A stretch of DNA of 60,067 bases, the filler included, from Perkinsus olseni (lineage: Eukaryota): assembly GCA_013115125.1 (NCBI GenBank). It is 4 parts of 4 records of this genome, joined end to end, with 100 filler letters (N's around TTAATTAATTAA, not from the genome) between each part and the next. Parts side by side here need not be neighbours in the genome. Positions count along the whole stretch, not along the records: positions 45,171 to 60,067 come from JABANN010000715.1; 3 more parts are not named here. One strand, given 5' to 3'. Positions 45,872 through 60,067 of this stretch are shown here, piece by piece (within the stretch, counting starts at the first letter, position 1; every line of letters begins with the position of its first letter). The notes below the pieces were generated by a model, which was given only the letters and a program-made list of their open reading frames with translations, searched no databases and was not told where the DNA came from. Both the position numbers and the translations under genes were made by a program.

Positions 45872-48568
45872 GCTGCTGCTACTTGCCCATTCGTCATCAT
45901 CATCCTCAGTAGCCTGAGAGCAAAGCCACAAGTATCCATCAGTTCCAAAACCCTGCACACAGTGCCCGAGCTCACATCCTTAGTAGCTTCTCCCTCATCA
46001 GGAGTGTTCAGCCAGTCACGGAGAGCTTGAGTTTGGAACACTATCTTAGTGCGGTCGGCCGTGTCCGCCTCTGGGCCCGAGTACCTACAGTGTAACGACG
46101 TCTCGCCACAGCAGAGATATCGTTGAACCTACTCGTCGCTCCAGAAGGTTATGAGCTCTGCAGTGACAGCATCGATATCATACAGCGAGTACCAAACAGC
46201 CTCGATGAGAGTGCAGTCCTTAGCCAGCCGAGGACACTTGAGCGCCTCAACGGTCTTCTGGGAGGAGGTGAGGAACTGGAAACAGTACCTAAGGCAGGGA
46301 TGCAAACAAAAAGAGGACAATGCTGAACAGCTCTACCCCTGAGTCTGACGGTTCGAGTCGATGAGGGCGTTGATGACGGGAGCATGACGATGGAAGAGTT
46401 CCAAGCATTCGTCCAAGGATGTTAACGTTGATGCTCTGAAAGGTAACGAGTAAACACCCGACCCGCCCACAACGCCGCCTACTTAGTGACCAAAGCCTTG
46501 ATGATGCTATCCAGCAAGTAGGAGCTCTGCATCTCCGCTACGCCGAGATTCTTAGGCATCTTCGCGGCGAGATGCTCGTTCTTCTTGGACGCATCATCCA
46601 CATGCTTCTGATAAGCCCCGAGGAACTTATTGATCTTAGCAGTATCGAAGGCAGGCTCCTGAAGACGTAGTAAGCTCAAAACTACAGAGCCTCCACCATC
46701 AGCAGAACTCACCGTTTTCTTCTCTTCCTCGTCTTCCTCATCAGCCCACTCATCCGTGGTGGTGGCCATAGCCTTCAGCTCCTCTGTCGTCTTCTTAACC
46801 GCCTCCTTCTCCTCAACGGTGGCCTCGCGACGGGCAGCAGCCGACTCAGGTCGACTGGCGGGCTGCTCTTCCCTATCCGCGCCTCTCCTCCAGGGAGCAA
46901 AGCTCCTAGTAGGCTCCTCTCGCCTGAGGGGCTCATCAGACCTCCTCGAAGGTTCATCACGCCTCAACGCTTCAGCTCGCCACGAACTGGTCTCGCGGCG
47001 GGGAAGCTCGTCCCGCCTGAAGCTGTCGCCGCGTCGCACGGGCTCGTCATTACGGCGACTGCCGAAAGCGTCGTCGCGACGAATGTGGTCATCCCGAAGA
47101 GCATCGGCGCGAGCTGAACAACACCGAGGGATGAGCCGTTCTCCAAGCTACACTCTACTACATGAGGACGTCCATGGTCTGCTCCTAGGCTCCTCAGTCG
47201 CACTCGATCCGGCAGGGCGGTTGCGATTCGCAAGGTCGGTCCTAGGAGAATACGGCGAGTCCCAGAGCGATCTCATCCAGCCGAAGCAACATACTTCCAA
47301 TCCGCAGCGGGCGCTGTACCGGGGCGTCTCCATGGCTTGGGAGCATCCGAAGACCGGGGCTCCTCTGCCGTGCCAGGCCTGATCGAAAACGTTGACGGCC
47401 ATAACTGGGCTCGTAAAGAGCCTACCTCCTCCACGGTGGAGCTGCTGACGACGAAGTGTGGGCAGGTGCGGCGCTTGCTCTCCAATTGTCGTCAGCTGGA
47501 AGAAGCGAAAAGTGCCGACTAGAACTCGAATCCGTCACCCTACTGTCCGCGCGATCAAGATCGCGAGTCGAGTCCTCTCTGGAGATAGATCGAGGTTCAC
47601 CCCGAGATACAAAGCCACGGGAGCCGGGGCGATTAAAGGCGTCCTCGAGTCTCCTGCCCCTGTCAAGCGGGAGCGATGCACGAACAGACAGCGGGAGAAA
47701 AACTCACCTCTCATCGTCTTGGCTGTCGCCCTCGCTGGATCTCTCACCTTGACGGCGGAGTCTCTCAGCCTCAGCGCGTTCACGCAGCTGCTGGCGGAAG
47801 GGAGTTAGACCACTGGCAGCGCAGAACAGTGAAACCATCCACTACCCCTCCTGTTCCCTCACCTATCGTCCGCTCTAGAAAGCCTGCTGGGACCGGCTCG
47901 GTCCAAATTGGGTCGGGGGCCAGCGCGCCAGTCGTCGTCCTGGAGAAAGCACGGGCTGAACGTTGAACAATAGGCAAGCTATCCTCACCTCATCAGCTGG
48001 GTCAGGACGGCCGTCGAAGCCTTCCCAGCGGTCACCGAAGCCTTCCCGGCGGTCACCGAAGCCTTCCCGGCGGTCACCGAAGCCCTCGCGACGATCACCA
48101 AACCCTTCACGACGATCACCAAACCCTTCACGACGATCACCAAACCCTTCTCGGCGGTCGCCAAACCCTTCTCGGCGGTCGCCAAATCCCTCACGGCTCC
48201 CCGACGGGCGCAGCCTAGCAGATCCACGCCAGTTGTCATCTAGATCGCCACGACCCGCATCGGGGTCGCCGCGCTCTCGAGAACCTGAACCGCACCCAGT
48301 GGACACCGTGCGTCACAGCCTCTCCCGCTCACCACTGCGTCCATCATCACCTCCACGACGCCAAGTCCCCTCCGAGTCTCCTCGACCGGGCTCATCGTCA
48401 CGACGACGATGCACTGAAACGACCCCTTCCGAGTTTCCATACGACATGATCCGGGGCCCTACTCGGCTGACGCTCGAGTCCAATACTCCTGGTGGGCAAA
48501 AGATCTTCCTTGGGTTCCCCCTGGAAGTCGAAAAGCGACATCTTCGTCGCTTTTGGTTTCTGCGGCAT
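45788..48568 (-). CDS. Translation-factor-like protein: eIF4B-like N-terminus and low-complexity region plus C-terminal W2 (eIF4G/eIF5/eIF2B-epsilon) domain, multi-exon
   Basis: MPQKPKATKMSLFDFQGEPKEDLLPTRS; DDNWR motifs; (EGFGDRR)n; W2-like IEAVWYSLYDIDAVTAELITFWSDE...KIVFQTQALRDWLNTPDEGE; acidic tail ...EDIEALIPKRATDMRVR*. Confidence 0.7.
48015..48192 (-). repeat. 21-bp coding tandem repeat, about 8 copies (EGFGDRR)
   Basis: Unit ccgaagccttcccggcggtca and synonymous variants, arranged in blocks. Confidence 0.95.
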
Positions 48569-49099
48569 GATTTATCTGATCACACCCGACCCATACCAGA
48601 CAACCGACCATCACCGAACTCAACCGAACGACGGTTCCCTGTGCCAAGCGATATCTTCTTTACCATTCTACGTTTAACGACATCCAGTAGTACCTCTTTG
48701 CAGCTGTAGGCTTGTTACGGCGAACTGCTGCAGGGGCGGCGGAGGCGGCGCAGTGTCGGAAACACCACAAAGATAACCACTAAAATCGACCCAGCTGTTC
48801 ATTTCCATCGCTTCCACCGGCAGCAGCGTGAGTCATCGTCAACATTGCGAAGTCTCAAGTGCGATCACGACACCAAACGTTTACACAACTTCTGTCCCTC
48901 AAGACTTGCCGGAGAAGCCCGAGGAGATTTTAGGGCGCGCGAGAATGCGCCCCTTCATTAGCTATGTACTTCATCGATCGACGTAGTGTCTACCATTGAC
49001 CGAACTGTAGCAACTATGATGAGCACCATAAATCACCTTATCTACTTTGCCTGAAGGCCCTGTGTAGATGCATTTAACCCTCTTACTGAGTTCGACTAA

Positions 49100-51090
49100 C
49101 TGCATCGTCATCTCGCTTGCTTCAAGCGCGAACGATACGATTCGTAGTGCTTACCTTACAGCGAGGAAAGCAACTGCGGGAAATCCCTTCTGGGAGCCCT
49201 CTGTGGCTTCGCTGATCTACTATTCTCGCTCACTCCCACCGCTTCGCAGCAGTCCTAATTTGCAGCGATGTGGCCCTTTCTGACCACTTCGTGTTCACCA
49301 GGACTCAGACCGTAAGGTCGCTCTTCTCTCCTGGCTACTTCGTCAGTAGTGGATTGGGAATTTTCTGGTGCTCGACAAATCTTAGTCTGCGGCCCGTGGT
49401 TGCCGCCGAGATCTGTATCATTTGCTACCATGCTGATTGGTTGTGAATATAAACATCTCGGGACAATGGTGATGCCCTAATACTCGGTCAGCTGGGTCCC
49501 TTCATTTCCGAGCTTCGCTTGCATCGTAGACCTAACCATTGTCATTGTGAGGAGAAGCGTCGTGATCCTGACATGTGAGTAGCAGCTCTTCATGCAGCTC
49601 TGCACAACTGTACTCGACGTAAAATGCTCGGGGTGGGTTAGAACCGTCCATCAGTGATGGGCGGCGTAGAACACTCCTACATGCTTCGACGAGTTTCGTA
49701 GACTTACCAGTCGTTCAAGTTTGAGAGCGAACGACCAAGAGTATCTTAGAATTGTCTGTCACACAGCTTTGCTTGCGTGAATGCGAAGACCTCGAAGAAT
49801 CGATCAACCGGCGAGCGGGCTTGCTGAGGGATCATCGCCATCGTACGAATATCAGCCACCCGTGCCAGCGAAGCCTCATCTAGTGAGGAACAGTGGGAGA
49901 GGAGTATCCGCTGAGTAATGGCTCGTTCTAGGTCAAGACGAGACCCTGCAAGCATCACTTGCGAGGCCTCTGCAAATACGGCAATGACTGCTGCTTCACG
50001 CACGGACTGGACGATCTTTCACCGGAAATTCGACAGTGAGTTCACTGGGCCCCGTCGCCGGCGGGCTCGAGTCCCCGACTAGCTACTTTCAAAAGAATCT
50101 GCTTGATTCTTTCCTTCAGATCTGCCACTGCGCTTCCATTATCGCCCAACGAACTAGATATATCGCGAACTCACGGGTTGAGGTAGTCCCGAAGTCTGTA
50201 AGGATGTACTTCGCCACGCTGTCTTGCAGTTCTTCCCGAGCCCTCACGGTGGAAGCGCCCGGAGGAAAAGGCCCCAGTGGAAGGCTCTTCTCCATAGGAG
50301 TACGTTCTCTATCGCTGAACGTCGGCGATCCTTGTTGTCCTGGCAGGGCGCATCGACAGCTGCATCTTCCTCCGGCCGCGCCTCATTAGAATTGGACCCG
50401 GCGATACTCGCTGCCGTGCCCAGGTTTACTCCACAGTAGGGGATTTTCTTACGCTCCGCTACGCGTGCTTAGGAAGTTGTTCTTTGCATATCAACATGAC
50501 GGCGCTGTTGTCATTTCCGAGTTTCAGACAAAAGAACGTGAGCCATCCAGTCACGATCTCATCGAACCGGCGGTGCAAGGGGCAGCTATCGGCTCACGAC
50601 GATCGGCGGCTCCCTGAAGTAACCTGCGCACTCTCGTTGGTTGTTGTCTCCAGCGCGTCACAGCTTACGATTCCAGGTCGCCGACTGTACCCTCGCTGGC
50701 GTACCCGGTCGGCTGGAAAACCAGAGATATCCGGCGCCCAGTGCTGCTGTGGAGCCGCGGATGCCATCGACTAGAGACAGCCCGGCGGAACCTCCTACCC
50801 GAATCGTCGAGACTCTACTGGCTCTCATGGAAGGTGAAATCGCTGGACGTGTGTAGCTCCTTCGATTTCCTTTGTCAGATTTAGGCCCGCTCGAGTCCAT
50901 GTCAGCCGAAGAGCTGTCTGCTCTAGCCGCCACTGCTCTCCTGCGAGATCCACCGCTCCCGCCTGGGTGTCGAGAACCTCACTAGCCGCGGTATTCGAGC
51001 ATGTTCACGCCTTCGAAGGCGCCCCCGTTGTCTTTGCCTGTCTTCCTTGCCGCGAGCGATACAAAATCCGAAGTCAGTAATCTGGAATAT
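49100..51090 (-). CDS. Hypothetical multi-exon protein
   Basis: Several minus-strand protein-like segments with GT/AG borders (for example REAAVIAVFAEASQVMLAGSRLDLERAITQRILLSHC and EQWRLEQTALRLTWTRAGLNL). Model unresolved. Confidence 0.35.
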
Positions 51091-51917
51091 AGCGAAACGA
51101 AGCCACTGAGACTATAAGGCCACCGTTCCGCTCTAGGTATCACCTTTTCACTTTTACTAGCCTAGTGCTACTCGACATCTTTTTTACTGTGAGGGAACGA
51201 CCCAACGTGTAGGCTATTCTACTGCCGAATCCGTCTCGATTGCCATTCTTGTGTCGGGAGCGGTACGCGTTCCCTGTTGAAATGAAGCGCGCTGCCTCGA
51301 AATATAGGGGAGCAGATGCGTCGTGTGGGGACTTGTGCCTTCATCCCATGAGGCTTTGTGTTTGCCAGTATACCTGCCTCGGTGACACATCCACGAGGTG
51401 ATGCACTCCCAGAGGGACGATAGACGAACACCCTCAGGGTAGTCCGACCAAGCTCAGCATTTCGCTTATACCGTGCACCGACCCTCGCGATGAATCAGTC
51501 ATGGAGTGCGATAGGAACGCTCCATTTGGTTTCATGGGTCCATGTATTGAGCCATGCCATCATCATAGACGATCGAGTGTCGCCACCGGAACTTCGTCGT
51601 TGCTCCTTAGCGGACCTCATCCGCTCCTCTCATTCATATCTCGGGCAAGCCTCTCCGTCTGTCAGATCAATTCAACTGTCATCTGTCAGCAAGTTTACTA
51701 TGGCTGTGAGCTTCCCTACATGCTCTTGTGGTTTTTCTAATAGGTTGAATCGCGAAATACGACCTCGGCGTTGCCACTGTAAGCCGCACCAGTGCAAATG
51801 ATACTGCTATGCACCAGTACTGATGATGGTTGGAAATAATCGGGCAACCCAACTCCTATGAGTGAAACAAGGCAAAGTTGACAGAAAACGCGTTATTAGC
51901 TTGCTTTTTATTGCTTT

Positions 51918-52943
51918 TTAGCTTGCTTTGAGACACTCTTCATCCGGGAAGGTCATTGTGGCGGTTGTTATATGGTGCTTCGCCGAGATGGCCCGTATGC
52001 CAACGCCGGTCAGTAGCTGCGGAAACGTGAAGGCTTCCAGACAGACGGGATGTCGCTTCTCGCGCTTACACCGGCAGATATTGCGAGTGGCCCTGGAGCG
52101 CATACACTGAACAAGATGTAGGTAAAACTGGTCAATGCCGCTGCCACGGCGTAGAGGCTCTGGTTGTTATGGAAGATTCTCACTGGCCGACCGGTGACGA
52201 CGTCCCGAACAGCGCCTGAACGGAACAGTCTGACGGACAGGGTATCAGGACCGTGAGTCACCTCCGAAAGTGGCGGTCATGACTCCGGCGATGACACAAT
52301 GCGGCAAAGTGACAAGCCGGACGCCACCCAAAGCTCTGATGGCGTTCATGCTGCCGATGACAGCAAAGGCCGCGACGCCGATGTGATCTGTCCAGTCCAG
52401 AATAGTCGAGAAGATTTTTCGGCTCTCCTCCGACTTGAGACGTCGGTACCTAGCAGGCACGTCAGATGACACGAAGAGACCAGCATTTCTCATACTGGCT
52501 GTACGTCAGTGCCGCTGCAAGAAGGGACATCCACAAATATTCATGTTCATCCAACCAGAACGGCCGTTGGTGGCCCAGGATAACATCTCTGATTGTGCCA
52601 CCGCCTGAGACCAATGCACTTAACGTGCAGTATGCTGGGTGCTTGACTTTACCTATGGCAGTGATGGTACCGACAGCAACGCAGCCGACCACGTCCATTC
52701 CAGCGGCTCCGGCCACTAGGGCACCCGAGCTAGCGAAGGAAACCGTGCCTGTTGCGTTACGGCGTCAATAGTCTTCCTGAGTCACTTGATCTCACCGGTG
52801 TAATCACAGAGCCTCAACAAGCCAGCGGTGGTTAACCCAGGGTATCGCGGCATGGTGTGTGGTCGGATGATCCGTCCGTTGGATGCATTCGAGCAGAAGA
52901 AGCGACGGAGGGGGATGTGCGGATAAATGCGATTGAATCCCAT
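51918..52943 (-). CDS. TRIC / UPF0126 (YadS-like) membrane protein, about 6 exons
   Basis: LRLCDYT|GTVSFASSGALVAGAAGMDVVGCVAVGTITAI|GGGTIRDVILGHQRPFW...DHIGVAAFAVIG...GVMTATFG|GAVRDVVTGRPVRIF...LYAVAA. Two UPF0126 repeats with GGGxxRD motifs. Confidence 0.88.
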
Positions 52944-53158
52944 GAAAACAGCAACGCAACGAGGAGTTACATCGTGAAGAGAGCAATCGGAAGTCGACTT
53001 GCGCTGTTTTAACTCGAGGTAAACCACTACGGGTTCGCGATTATTAGCGCGCATAAACGTTTGTCCTTCTTAATCGCAATCGGACTTCTGTTTGAGCTTG
53101 GTTGCTTCCATCGACATCTACTGGGATCAGTTGCTTTACCGCCACTTCCATTGCCTTA
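52944..53158. promoter_or_regulatory. Putative bidirectional promoter/5'-UTR region between the TRIC and CDPK genes
   Basis: Divergent start codons separated by only 215 bp. No motif identified. Confidence 0.4.
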
Positions 53159-57714
<4,556 letters not shown>

Positions 57715-58749
57715 TGAACGATAGACCGTCTCTCCTGTGAACTAAACCGTCATGTTCCTGTGATATCGCAGCGCTAGTGTCAATTCCCATTGCGATTGAT
57801 GTGCAATGCAAAGTCTATTTTTTCGTGCGTGTTTAAGATTGGATTTATGAATACATTTGACTGCTGCCAAGTTGATAGTCTCTATGCCCGACAGCCTTGT
57901 GTCAGTCTTTCGTCTATTAATTGGCACTCGATTTGCGAGAGGGCGGTACGTCGCTGTATCTAGGCGCTACGGGGTCATTGTGAGCACTTCGCTGCAGAGG
58001 AAGATACAGTGGTGATGAGCATAGGCTCGAGCTATCTCGCTCCGCGTGAGACAGTCGTTGGGTGGATCGGAGAATTTTCTCGACTGAACTACTTGTCTGG
58101 AAGCTGGTGAAATAACAGTAGCTCCAGCGTGTTTCTCAGAGTGGTGAACTCGTCGTTCTCTCGCTCGTGCACAGTGTCAAGCAGTTCCTACTGTTGCATC
58201 GCTCTGCCCGACTCAGCTCGGCAGTGGGGTGTTGAGCTGGAGAGGGACTCGGGTGCTGGGTTCTGTTCAAGGGAAAGATGAGGATGAGGTGGGAGCCGTC
58301 GCCTCAGGTGAGCTGATATCGCGGTGGTGTATACGCCCTTCCTACTACGGACACAAGACTTTCCTGTTGTGGTCCAGTCAGTACGGTCGCAGTATGTGTA
58401 CACACTAGAACACGGCGGTAACGATTAGTTTCCATCGCTGCGAGTTTGCGAAAGGTGCGAGAGATCGGCCTCGTCGGCTCTGCCGCGGGGCGGATAGATG
58501 GTATGTTGATCATGTTTCTCCCTCACCACAGTGCTTCCAAGCCAACCACCATCGTGGCACTGACCGGACTGGACTAGGGCGCGGGAAACCGGAACGGTTA
58601 GAACTGGCACAAGCGATACCTGTCTGAATCTCCGCAGCGGCTGCGAGTTGAAATTTGCAGCCCCCCACCCCCCCTCACAAAGTATGAACCCAACACTTAA
58701 TCTTTATAAGTAGACAATAACAATGCGACTTGGCTGCATAACAATGCAG

Positions 58750-59940
58750 TCAATTCTTGAGCAGGGCTATCTTGTAGTCTTCGTAATCCACATGAACGCT
58801 ATATGCTCTCAAGAATGGTGTACCCAAGATGCCTTCGGTGACGCGCTTGCTGCTCCGAGTAACATCCGGAAAAATGTCTCCCTCTTCGGGAAGCCCACAA
58901 TAATGCTTCGGATGTATATCAACCCCCATAGAATGTGATTCTCCTCGCAATCGGAGCCCCATGACCGGAAGGCTATCGAAAGCTTCCTCTTGAACATACA
59001 CCAACTTTTCCTCGTCTGCCATGTACATTTGGGTTATTTGCTCATCGCCATACCGCTCCTTTCTCAACCCCATTCGGAGCCCGCTCTCCATCTCGTCGAT
59101 GATTACTGGGCAAGGCAGTGAAATGCCACTAGTACCGGTATCGATGATGGCTAAGAAAGAGGGGGGATGTCTGCGCGAAAGAGGTTCTCTGGCCGTGAGC
59201 TTCCGGCCCGCTTCGAACAACTCCACCGATGACACCCACACAGCGGCGAATGCTCTGTGGGTTTCAGGACTCACTGCGAATTCTGGAAATGAATGTTGTT
59301 TTGCTTCTAGCTCGTCTAGCGCTCCTCCCAGAGTAAGCTCCCCAGAGATAAATTTGGAAATCCGGTCTGCAGTCGTTTGGATGGTGTATGACCGGCGCCC
59401 AGTAAAGTTGTAGCGCACGAGCATCTCGAGCGTGCTCTCCGTACTGGCCAACCCTTGAAAGGGTTCCGAGCTCGGTGGTGCCATCGATATCCCGAAAATC
59501 CCTGTCGGCCTAGTTTCGTCGTCCCAGGAGATCCCTCTACAAACTCTAAAAGGAAACTCACTGCCCTCTTGGCTCTCCAATACCAGCTTGCCGGACCGCA
59601 TGATGCATTTGAGAATCTTGCCATCCGCGAACTGCAGGTTCTCTGACGATTCGTCCCCCTCGAAAACGCAAGGGTCCTCTCTCGGACAAAAGTAGCAGCC
59701 CTGGCGACGCTTCCTGCACGCGTACTTGCCGAATGTTTTCTTGTACCAGTCACCGTCCAGTACTGCAATTCCCCAGAAGCCAGACTCCAACAACAAGTCC
59801 AAATTCTGGTCGTCGATACCAAGACTGACGAATCCGCTTTCGACGGGCATTGTCAAAGTTTTGGCGGGGGCATGCGTCACCACCGGGGCGGCTTCGCTTG
59901 AGATTCGCAATGCTATGATCGAAGTAAAGACTCGCCTCAT
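58750..59940 (-). CDS. Pepsin-like (A1) aspartyl-protease-like protein, intronless, probable signal peptide; first catalytic Asp replaced by Glu
   Basis: 396-aa ORF. N-lobe LLLESG (expected DS/TG), GIFGIS, GELTLGG; C-lobe IIDTGTS, GILGTPFLRAYSVHVDY. Confidence 0.85.
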   Translation of the reverse strand: MRRVFTSIIALRISSEAAPVVTHAPAKTLTMPVESGFVSLGIDDQNLDLLLESGFWGIAVLDGDWYKKTFGKYACRKRRQGCYFCPREDPCVFEGDESSENLQFADGKILKCIMRSGKLVLESQEGSEFPFRVCRGISWDDETRPTGIFGISMAPPSSEPFQGLASTESTLEMLVRYNFTGRRSYTIQTTADRISKFISGELTLGGALDELEAKQHSFPEFAVSPETHRAFAAVWVSSVELFEAGRKLTAREPLSRRHPPSFLAIIDTGTSGISLPCPVIIDEMESGLRMGLRKERYGDEQITQMYMADEEKLVYVQEEAFDSLPVMGLRLRGESHSMGVDIHPKHYCGLPEEGDIFPDVTRSSKRVTEGILGTPFLRAYSVHVDYEDYKIALLKN

Positions 59941-60067
59941 CAGGTAGGGGTTGGCATTAGCAAGTTGAAACCGCTGAAAACCTGGACCTCAATAATACTG
60001 TGTGTGCCAGTTTGATATGCAAATGACATTTATGCTTATATATGACTCATATGATGGAATCTCGGGA

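Noticed and set aside
45839-45872. (CAT)n microsatellite giving a poly-Met ORF
   Set aside because: In the correct frame it encodes the poly-Asp tail of the W2-domain protein.
48015-48192. 21-bp array (and the 27-bp array at 13703-13790 and the 62-bp array at 43070-43260) as CRISPR-like arrays
   Set aside because: These are head-to-tail tandem units with no unique spacers and no cas genes, in a eukaryotic context. Two of them are in-frame coding repeats.
47963-48709. Plus-strand 248-aa (RRSPKPS)n ORF, and other long antisense ORFs such as 13929-14558, 24067-24726, 46756-47382 and 59021-59413
   Set aside because: Shadow frames of coding sequence or repeats on the opposite strand.

Overview
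Eukaryotic, intron-rich protist DNA, most likely Perkinsus (an alveolate). This is inferred from apicomplexan-type PKG, CDPK and ferlin genes, short GT-AG introns, and intronless POT and aspartyl-protease family genes. The window is not contiguous: it is four contigs of about 15 kb (1-14984, 15085-30053, 30154-45070, 45171-60067) in decreasing size order, joined by artificial N/TTAATTAATTAA/N linkers, so synteny across linkers means nothing. Contig 1 holds part of a ferlin gene, a divergent RluA-like pseudouridine synthase, a full-length LTR retrotransposon with an intact 1455-aa gag-pol ORF but non-matching LTRs, and a mucin-repeat ORF. Contig 2 holds hypothetical ORFs, a HeH/LEM-MSC (Src1/MAN1-like) nuclear-envelope gene with a possible interleaved antisense gene, a signal-peptide GNAT acetyltransferase and a POT/PTR transporter. 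Contig 3 is a 12.8-kb cGMP-dependent protein kinase gene whose introns carry a tRNA-Gln gene, a Tc1/mariner-type element, a hAT MITE, pseudo-exons and a retroposon tail. Contig 4 holds an eIF4B-like/W2-domain gene, a prokaryote-type TRIC/UPF0126 gene head-to-head with a CDPK, and an aspartyl-protease-like gene lacking one catalytic Asp. The strongest unexplained pattern is a dispersed 115-165 bp structured retroposon family with (CA)n tails and 12-bp TSDs. Exon models were spliced by eye, so boundaries are approximate.
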